A stretch of 64,000 bases of DNA. It comes from the human T2T-CHM13v2.0 reference genome, Homo sapiens. The number at the start of each line of letters is the position of its first letter. The stretch's first letter is position 1. Where the stretch lies: NCBI RefSeq assembly GCF_009914755.1, contig NC_060935.1; one strand, written 5' to 3'. The position numbers were made by a program, and so were the translations under genes. Positions 54,701 through 64,000 of the stretch are shown in pieces. The notes under the pieces were generated by a model. The model had not been told where the DNA came from and did no database searches. It saw only the letters and a program-made list of their open reading frames with translations.

Positions 54701-57700
54701 AAGTGGACATTTGGAGGGCTTTGAGGCCTGTGGTGGAAAAGGAAAATCTTCACATAAAAACTAGATGGAAGCATTCTCAGAAACTACTTTGTGATGATTG
54801 CATTCGACTCACAGAGTTCAACATTCCTATAGGGAGAGCAGGTTGTAAACAATCTTTTTGTAGAATCTGCGATTAGAGATTTGGACTGCTTTGAGGCCTA
54901 CTGTAGTAAAGGAAATAACTTCATCTAAAAACCAAACGGAAGCATTCACAGACAATTCTTAGTGATCATTGCATTGAACTAACAGAGCTGAACATTCGTT
55001 TAGATGGCGCAGTTTCCAAACACACTTTCTGTAGAATCTGCAAGTGGATATTTGGACCTCTCTGAGGATTTCGTTGGAAACGGGATAAACTTCCCAAAAC
55101 TACACGGAAGCATTCTGAGAAACTTCTTTGTGATGTTTGCATTCAACTCACAGAGTTGAACCTTGCTTTCATAGTTCAGCTTTCAAACACTCTTTTTGTA
55201 GAAACTGCAAGTGGATATTTGGACCACTTGGTGGCCTTCCTTCGAAACGGGTATATCTTCACATCAAACCTAGACAGAAGCATTCTCAGAATGTTTCCTG
55301 TGATGACTGCATTCAACTCACAGAGGTGAACAATCCTGCTGATGGAGCAGTTTTGAAATTCTCTTTCTTTGGATTCTGCAAGTGGATATGTGGACCTCTG
55401 TGAAGATTTCGTTGGAAACGGGTTCATCTTCACAGAAAAACTAAACAGAAGCATTCTCAGAAACTGCTTTCTGATGTTTGTGTTCCACTTCAGGAATTGA
55501 ACTTTCCTCTTGACAGAGCAGCTCTGAAACCCTCTTATTCTAGAATCTGCAAGTGGACATTTGGAGGGCTTTGAGGCCTGTGGTGGAAAAGGAAAATCTT
55601 CACATAAAAACTAGATGGAAGCATTCTCAGAAACTACTTTGTGATGATTGCATTCGACTCACAGAGTTGAACATTCCTATAGATAGAGCAGGTTGTAAAC
55701 AATCTTTTTGTAGAATCTGCGATTGGAGATTTGGACTGCTTTGAGGCCTACTGTAGTAAAGGAAATAACTTCATCTAAAAACCAAACGGAAGCATTCACA
55801 GACAATTCTTAGTGATCATTGGATTGAACTAACAGAGCTGAACATTCCTTTAGATGGCGCAGTTTCCAAACACACTTTCTGTAGAATCTGCAAGTGGATA
55901 TTTGGACTTCTCTGAGGATTTCGTTGGAAACGGGATAAACTTCCCAGAACTACACGGAAACATTGTGAGAAACTTCTTTGTGATGTTTTCATTCAACTCA
56001 CAGAGTTGAACCTTGCTTTCATAGTTCAGCTTTCAAACACTCTTTTTGTAGAATCTGCAAGTGGATATTTGGACCACTTTGTGGCCTTCCTTCAAAACGG
56101 GTATATCTTCACATCAAACCTAGATAGAAGCATTCTCAGAATGTTTCCTGTGATGACTGCATTCAACTCACAGAGGTGAACAATCCTGCTGATGGAGCAG
56201 TTTTGAAACTCTCTTTCTTTGGATTCTGCAAGTGGGTATGTGGACCTCTGTGAAGATTTCGTTGGAAACGGTTTCATCTTCACAGAAAAACTAAACAGAA
56301 ACATTCTCAGAAACTGCTTTCTGATGTTTGTGTTCCACTTCAGGAATTGAACTTTCCTCTTGACAGAGCAGCTCTGAAATCCTCTTATTCAAGAATCTGC
56401 AAGTGGACATTTGGACGGCTTTGAGGCCTGTGGTGGAAAAGGAAAATCTTCACATAAAAACTAGATGGAAGCATTCTCAGAAACTACTTTGTGATGATTG
56501 CATTCGACTCACAGAGTTGAACATTCCTATAGATAGAGCAGGTTGTAAACAATCTTTTTGTAGAATCTGCGATTGGAGATTTGGACTGCTTTCAGGCCTA
56601 CTGTAGTAAAGGAAATAACTTCATCTAAAAACCAAACGGAAGCATTCACAGATAATTCTTAGTAATATTGGATTGAACTAACAGAGCTGAACATTCCTTT
56701 AGATGGAGCAGTTTCCAAACACCCTTTCTGTAGAATCTGCAAGTGGATATTTGGACTTCTCTGAGGATTTCGTTGGAAACGGGATAAACTTCCCAGAACT
56801 ACACGGAAGCATTCTGAGAAACTTCTTTGTGATGTTTGCATTCAACTCACAGAGTTGAACCTTGCTTTCATAGTTCAGCTTTCAAACACTCTTTTTGTAG
56901 AATCTGCAAGTGGATATTTGGACCACTTTGTGGCCTTCCTTCGAAACGGGTATATCTTCACATCAAACCAAGACAGAAGCATTCTCAGAATGTTTCCTGT
57001 GATGACTGCATTCAACTCACAGAGGTGAACAATCCTGCTGATGGAGCAGTTTTGAAACTCTCTTTCTTTGGATTCTGCAAGTGGATATGTGGACCTCTGT
57101 GAAGATTTCGTTGGAAACGGGTTCATCTTCACAGAAAAACTAAACAGGAGCATTCTCAGAAACTGCTTTGTGATGTTTGTGTTCCACTTCAAGAATTGAA
57201 CTTTCCTCTTGACACAGCAGCTCTGAAACCCTCTTTTTCTAGAATCTGCAAGTGGACATTTGGAGGGCTTTGAGGCCTGTGGTGGAAAAGGAAAATCTTC
57301 ACATAAAAACTAGATGGAAGCATTCTCAGAAACTACTTTGTGATGATTGCATTCGACTCACAGAGTTGAACATTCCTATAGATAGAGCAGGTTGTAAACA
57401 ATCTTTTTGTAGAATCTGCGATTGGAGATTTGGACTGCTTTGAGGCCTACTGTAGTAAAGGAAATAACTTCATCTAAAAACCAAACGGAAGCATTCACAG
57501 ACAATTCTTAGTGATCATTGGATTGAACTAACAGAGCTGAACATTCCTACAGATGGAGGAGTTTCCAAACACACTTTCTGTAGAATCTGCAAGTGGATAT
57601 TTGGACTTCTCTGAGGATTTCGTTGGAAACGGGATAAACTTCCCAGAACTACACGGAAGCATTGTGAGAAACTTCTTTGTGATGTTTGCATTCAACTCAC

Positions 57701-59249
57701 AGAGTTGAACCTTGCTTTCATAGTTCAGCTTTCAAACACTCTTTTTGTAGAATCTGCAAGTGGATATTTGGACCACTTTGTGGCCTTCCTTCGAAACGGG
57801 TATATCTTCACATCAAACCTAGACAGAAGCATTCTCAGAATGTTTCCTGTGATGACTGCATTCAACTCACAGAGGTGAACAATCCTGCTGATGGAGCAGT
57901 TTTGAAACTCTCTTTCTTTGGATTCTGCAAGTGGATATGTGGACCTCTGTGAAGATTTCGTTGGAAACGGGTTCATCTTCACACAAAAACTAAACAGAAG
58001 CATTCTCAGAAACTGCTTTGTGATGTTTGTGTTCCACTTCAGGAATTGAACTTTCCTCTTGACAGAGCAGCTCTGAAACCCTCTTATTCTAGAATCTGCA
58101 AGTGGACATTTGGAGGGCTTTGAGGCCTGTGGTGGAAAAGGAAAATCTTCACATAAAAACTAGATGGAAGCATTCTCAGAAACTACTTTGTGATGATTGC
58201 ATTCGACTCACAGAGTTGAACATTCCTATAGATAGAGCAGGTTGTAAACAATCTTTTTGTAGAATCTGCGATTGGAGATTTGGACTGCTTTGAGGCCTAC
58301 TGTAGTAAAGGAAATAACTTCATCTAAAAACCAAACGGAAGCATTCACAGACAATTCTTAGTGATCATTGGATTGAACTAACAGAGCTGAACATTCCTTT
58401 AGATGGAGCAGTTTCCAAACCCACTTTCTGTAGAATCTGCAAGTGGATATTTGGACTTCTCTGAGGATTTCGTTGGAAACGGGATAAACTTCCCAGAACT
58501 ACACGGAAGCATTGTGAGAAACTTCTTTGTGATGTTTGCATTCAACTCACAGAGTTGAACCTTGCTTTCATAGTTCAGCTTTCAAACACTCTTTTTGTAG
58601 AATCTGCAAGTGGATATTTGGACCTCTTTGTGGCCTTCCTTCGAAACGGGTATATCTTTACATCAAACCTAGACAGAAGCATTCTCAGAATGTTTCCTGT
58701 GATGACTGCATTCAACTCACAGAGGTGAGCAATCCTGTTGATGGAGCAGTTTTGAAACTCTCTTTCTTTGGATTCTGCAAGTGGATATGTGGACCTCTGT
58801 GAAGATTTCGTTGGAAACGGGTTCATCTTCACAGAAAAACTAAACAGAAGCATTCTCAGAAACTGCTTTGTGATGTTTGTGTTCCTCTTCAGGAATTGAA
58901 CTTTCCTCTTGAAAGAGCAGCTCTGAAACCCTATTTTTCTAGAATCTGCAAGTGGACATTTGGAGGGCTTTGAGGCCTGTGGTGGAAAAGGAAAATCTTC
59001 ACATAAAAACTAGATGGAAGCATTCTCAGAAACTACTTTGTGATGATTGCATTCGACTCACAGAGTTGAACATTCCTATAGATAGAGCAGGTTGTAAACA
59101 ATCTTTTTGTAGAATCTGCGATTGGAGATTTGGACTGCTTTGAGGCCTACTGTAGTAAAGGAAATAACTTCATCTAAAAACCAAACGGAAGCATTCACAG
59201 ACAATTCTTAGTGATCATTGGATTGAACTAACAGAGCTGAACATTCCTT
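48739..59249 (+). repeat. Tandem duplication of a 6-HOR block (period 5099 bp)
   Basis: EcoRI variant 49502/54601, XbaI-loss variant 51290/56389, ORF pairs 49188/54287, 50038/55137, 51737/56836, 52587/57686, 53437/58536. Confidence 0.92.
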
Positions 59250-62200
59250 TAGATGGAGCAGTTTCCAAACACACTTTCTGTAGAATCTGCAAGTGGATAT
59301 TTGGACTTCTCTGAGGATTTCGTTGGAAACGGGATAAACTTCCCAGAACTACACGGAAGCATTCTCAGAAACTTCTTTCTGATGTTTGCATTCAACTCAC
59401 AGAGTTGAACCTTGCTTTCATAGTTCAGCTTTCAAACACTCTTTTTGTAGAATCTGCAAGTGGATATTTGGACCACTTTGTGGCCTTCCTTCGAAACGGG
59501 TATATCTTCACATCAAACCTAGACAGAAGCATTCTCAGAATGTTTCCTGTGATGACTGCATTCAACTCACAGAGGTGAACAATCCTGTTGATGGAGCAGT
59601 TTTGAAACTCTCTTTCTTTGGATTCTGCAAGTTGATATGTGGACCTCTGTGAAGATTTCGTTGGAAACGGGTTCATCTTCACAGAAAAACTAAACAGAAT
59701 CATTCTCAGAAACTGCTTTGTGATGTTTGTGTTCCACTTCAAGAATTGTAATTTCCTCTTGACAGAGCAGCTCTGAAACCCTCTTTTTCTAGAATCTGCA
59801 AGTGGACATTTGGAGGGCTTTGAGGTCTGTGGTGGAAAAGGAAAATCTTCACATAAAAACTAGATGGAAGCATTCTCAGAAACTACTTTGTGATGATTGC
59901 ATTCGACCCACAGAGTTGAACATTCCTATAGATAGAGCAGGTTGTAAACAATCTTTTTGTAGAATCTGCGATTGGAGATTTGGACTGCTTTGAGGCCTAC
60001 TGTAGTAAAGGAAATAACTTCATCTAAAAACCAAACGGAAGCATTCACAGACAATTCTTAGTGATCATTGGATTGAACTAACAGAGCTGAACATTCCCTT
60101 AGATGGCGCAGTTTCCAAACACACTTTCTGTAGAATCTGCAAGTGGATATTTGGACCTCTCTGAGGATTTCGTTGGAAACGGGATAAACTTCCCAGAACT
60201 ACACGGAAGCATTCTGAGAAACTTCTTTGTGATGTTTGCATTCAACTCACAGAGTTGAACCTTGCTTTCATAGTTCAGCTTTCAAACACTCTTTCTGTAG
60301 AATCTGCAAGTGGATATTTGGACCACTTTGTGGCCTTCCTTCGAAACGGGTATATCTTCACATCAAACCTAGACAGAAGCATTCTCAGAATGTTTCCTGT
60401 GATGACTGCATTCAACTCACAGAGGTGAACAATCCTGCTGATGGAGCAGTTTTGAAACTCTCTTTCTTTGGATTCTGCAAGTGGATATGTTGACCTCTGT
60501 GAAGATTTCGTTGGAAACGGGTTCATCTTCACAGAAAAACTATACAGGAGCATTCTCAGAAACTGCTTTGTGATGTTTGTTTTCCACTTCAAGAATTGAA
60601 CTTTCCTCTTGACAGAGCAGCTCTGAAACCCTCTTTTTCTAGAATCTGCAAGTGGACATTTGGAGGGCTTTGAGGTCTGTGGTGGAAAAGGAAAATCTTC
60701 ACATAAAAACTAGATGGAAGCATTCTCAGAAACTACTTTGTGATGATTGCATTCGACCCACAGAGTTGAACATTCCTATAGATAGAGCAGGTTGTAAACA
60801 ATCTTTTTGTAGAATCTGCGATTGGAGATTTGGACTGCTTTGAGGCCTACTGTAGTAAAGGAAATAACTTCATCTAAAAACCAAACGGAAGCATTTACAG
60901 ACAATTCTTAGTGATCATTGGATTGAACTAACAGAGCTGAACATTCCTTTAGATGGAGCAGTTTCCAAACACACTTTCTGTAGAATCTGCAAGTGGATAT
61001 TTGGACTTCTCTGAGGATTTCGTTGGAAACGGGATAAACTTCCCAGAACTACACGGAAGCATTCTCAGAAACTTCTTTCTGATGTTTGCATTCAACTCAC
61101 AGAGTTGAACCTTGCTTTCATAGTTCAGCTTTCAAACACTCTTTTTGTAGAATCTGCAAGTGGATATTTGGACCACTTTGTGGCCTTCCTTCGAAACGGG
61201 TATATCTTCACATCAAACATAGACAGAAGCATTCTCAGAATGTTTCCTGTGATGACTGCATTCAACTCACAGAGGTGAACAATCCTGCTGATGGAGCAGT
61301 TTTGAAACTCTCTTTCTTTGGATTCTGCAAGTGGATATGTGGACCTCTGTGAAGATTTCGTTGGAAACGGGTTCATCTTCACAGAAACACTAAACAGGAG
61401 CATTCTCAGAAACTGCTTTGTGATGTTTGTGTTCCACTTCAAGAATTGAACTTTCCTCTTGACAGAGCAGCTCTGAAACCCTCTTTTTCTAGAATCTGCA
61501 AGTGGACATTTGGAGGGATTTCAGGCCTGTGGTGGAAAAGGAAAATCTTCACATAAAAACTAGATGGAAGCATTCTCAGAAACTACTTTGTGATGATTGC
61601 ATTCGACTCACAGAGTTGAACATTCCTATAGATAGAGCAGGTTGTAAACAATCTTTTTGTAGAATCTGCGATTGGAGATTTGGACTGCTTTGAGGCCTAC
61701 TATAGTAAAGGAAATAACTTCATCTAAAAACCAAACGGAAGCATTCACAGACAATTCTCAGTGATCATTGGATTGAACTAACAGAGCTGAACATTCCTTC
61801 AGATGGAGCAGTTTCCAAACACACTTTCTGTAGAATCTGCAAGTGGATATTTGGACTTCTCTGAGGATTTCGTTGGAAACGGGATAAACTTCCCAGAACT
61901 ACACGGAAGCATTGTGAGAAACTTCTTTGTGATGTTTGCATTCAACTCACAGAGTTGAAACTTGCTTTCATAGTTCAGCTTTCAAACACTCTTTTTGTAG
62001 AATCTGCAAGTGGATATTTGGACCACTTTGTGGCCTTCCTTCGAAACGGGTATATCTTCACATCAAACCTAGACAGAAGCATTCTCAGAATGTTTCCTGT
62101 GATGACTGCATTCAACTCACAGAGGTGAACAATCCTGTTGATGGAGCAGTTTTGAAACTCTCTTTCTTTGGATTCCGCAAGTTGATATGTGGACCTCTGT

Positions 62201-64000
62201 GAAGATTTCGTTGGAAACGGGTTCATCTTCACAGAAAAACTAAACAGAAGCATTCTCAGAAACTGCTTTGTGATGTTTGTTTTCCACTTCAAGAATTGAA
62301 CTTTCCTCTTGACAGAGCAGCTCTGAAACCCTCTTTTTCTAGAATCTGCAAGTGGACATTTGGAGGGCTTTGAGGCCTGTGGTGGAAAAGGAAAATCTTC
62401 ACATAAAAACTAGATGGAAGCATTCTCAGAAACTACTTTGTGATGATTGCATTCGACCCACAGAGTTGAACATTCCTATAGATAGAGCAGGTTGTAAACA
62501 ATCTTTTTGTAAAATCTGCGATTGGAGATTTGGACTGCTTTGAGGCCTACTGTAGTAAAGGAAATAACTTCATCTAAAAACCAAACGGAAGCATTCACAG
62601 ACAATTCTTAGTGATCATTGGATTGAACTAACAGAGCTGAACATTCCCTTAGATGGCGCAGTTTCCAAACACACTTTCTGTAGAATCTGCAAGTGGATAT
62701 TTGGACCTCTCTGAGGATTTCATTGGAAACGGGATAAACTTCCCAGAACTACACGGAAGCATTCTGAGAAACTTCTTTGTGATGTTTGCATTCAACTCAC
62801 AGAGTTGAACCTTGCTTTCATAGTTCAGCTTTCAAACACTCTTTTTGTAGAATCTGCAAGTGGATATTTGGACCACTTTGTGGCCTTCCTTCGAAACGGG
62901 TATATCTACACATCAAACCTAGACAGAAGCATTCTCAGAATGTTTCCTGTGATGACTGCATTCAACTCACAGAGGTGAACAATCCTGCTGATGGAGCACT
63001 TTTGAAACTCTCTTTCTTTGGATTCTGCAAGTGGATATGTGGACCTCTGTGAAGATTTCGTTGGAAACGGGTTCATCTTCACAGAAACACTAAACAGGAG
63101 CATTCTCAGAAACTGCTTTGTGATGTTTGTGTTCCACTTCAAGAATTGAACTTTCCTCTTGACAGAGCAGCTCTGAAACCCTCTTTTTCTAGAATCTGCA
63201 AGTGGACATTTGGAGGGATTTGAGGCCTGTGGTGGAAAAGGAAAATCTTCACATAAAAACTAGATGGAAGCATTCTCAGAAACTACTTTGTGATGCTTGC
63301 ATTCGACTCACAGAGTTGAACATTCCTATAGATAGAGCAGGTTGTAAACAATCTTTTTGTAGAATCTGCGATTGGAGATTTGGACTGCTTTGAGGCCTAC
63401 TGTAGTAAAGGAAATAACTTCATCTAAAAACCAAACGGAAGCATTTACAGACAATTCTTAGTGATCATTGGATTGAACTAACAGAGCTGAACATTCCTTT
63501 AGATGGAGCAGTTTCCAAACACACTTTCTGTAGAATCTGCAAGTGGATATTTGGACTTCTGTGAGGATTTCGTTGGAAACGGGATAAACTTCCCAGAACT
63601 ACAGGGAAGCATTGTGAGAAACTTCTTTGTGATGTTTGCATTCAACTCACAGAGTTGAACCTTGCTTTCATAGTTCAGCTTTCAAACACTCTTTTTGTAG
63701 AATCTGCAAGTGGATATTTGGACCACTTTGTGGCCTTCCTTCGAAACGGGTATATCTTCACATCAAACCTAGACAGAAGCATTCTCAGAATGTTTCCTGT
63801 GATGACTGCATTCAACTCACAGAGGTGAACAATCCTGCTGATGGAGCAGTTTTGAAACTCTCTTTCTTTGGATTCTGCAAGTGGATATGTTGACCTCTGT
63901 GAAGATTTCGTTGGAAACGGGTTCATCTTCACAGAAACACTAAACAGGAGCATTCTCAGAAACTGCTTTGTGATGTTTGTGTTCCACTTCAAGAATTGAA

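Larger units (their letters stand above)
1..64000 (+). repeat. D11Z1: Alpha-satellite higher-order repeat array, 850-bp 5-mer (SF3, W1-W5 type), most likely human chr11 centromeric D11Z1 / S3C11H1L; about 75 HOR copies
   Basis: Alphoid motifs (CATTCTCAGAAACT, GAATCTGCAAGTGGATATTTGG, CENP-B boxes) recur every ~170 bp. Near-identical sequence recurs every 850 bp (ORF-track starts 747, 1597, 2446 ... 63636; 74 periods = 62889 bp = 74x850 - 11). One XbaI site per unit (TCTAGA at 299, 1149 ...). A pure 850-bp XbaI pentamer is the established signature of D11Z1; the SF3 arrays on chr1, chr17 and chrX have 11-, 16- and 12-mer HORs. Alpha satellite is certain; the chromosome assignment is from knowledge. 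Confidence 0.93.

Noticed and set aside
313-63992. About 200 short ORFs (60-118 aa, Cys/Phe-rich, e.g. MHSTHRVEPC..., MDIWRALRP...) on both strands
   Set aside because: They are translations of the satellite recurring every 850 bp. Many start at TTG or GTG, overlap antisense frames, and are freely broken by stops and frameshifts. They have no recognisable domain and are known alphoid pseudo-ORFs.
1-64000. CRISPR-like repeat/spacer organisation (conserved motifs every ~170 bp)
   Set aside because: The intervening sequences are homologous monomer bodies repeated every 850 bp rather than unique spacers, and there are no cas genes.
1-64000. Transposon insertion (L1/Alu), inversion or non-satellite island
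   Set aside because: The 849/850-bp register is unbroken from start to end, with no poly-A, target-site duplication or strand switch.
1-64000. Assignment to DXZ1, D17Z1 or D1Z7
   Set aside because: These share SF3 monomers but have 12-, 16- and 11-monomer HORs; here adjacent 5-mers are about 98-99% identical.
1-64000. A previously undescribed gene-based biological system
   Set aside because: Nothing in the sequence supports one. Any novelty is limited to the arrangement and history of HOR variants.

Overview
The whole window is one uninterrupted, same-orientation array of primate alpha-satellite DNA. It is an 850-bp pentameric higher-order repeat (HOR; five ~171-bp monomers, B-B-B-A-A, suprachromosomal family 3), about 75 copies, with one XbaI site per unit. 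This matches the human chromosome 11 centromeric array D11Z1 (S3C11H1L); the chromosome assignment rests on recalled knowledge, not a search. There are no genes, mobile elements or inversions, and every ORF in the track is a by-product of the repeat. I found no evidence of an undescribed protein-coding system. The interesting signal lies in the HOR variants: (i) an ordered series of distinguishable HOR haplotypes that recurs as a ~20-25 kb super-cycle, (ii) nested in-register tandem duplications of 2, 3, 3, 4 and 6 HORs with different divergence, (iii) two apparent multi-HOR deletions with mappable junctions, (iv) a strongly diverged HOR variant present four times, and (v) recurrent CENP-B box knock-outs. 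All comparisons were made by eye and should be confirmed by alignment.
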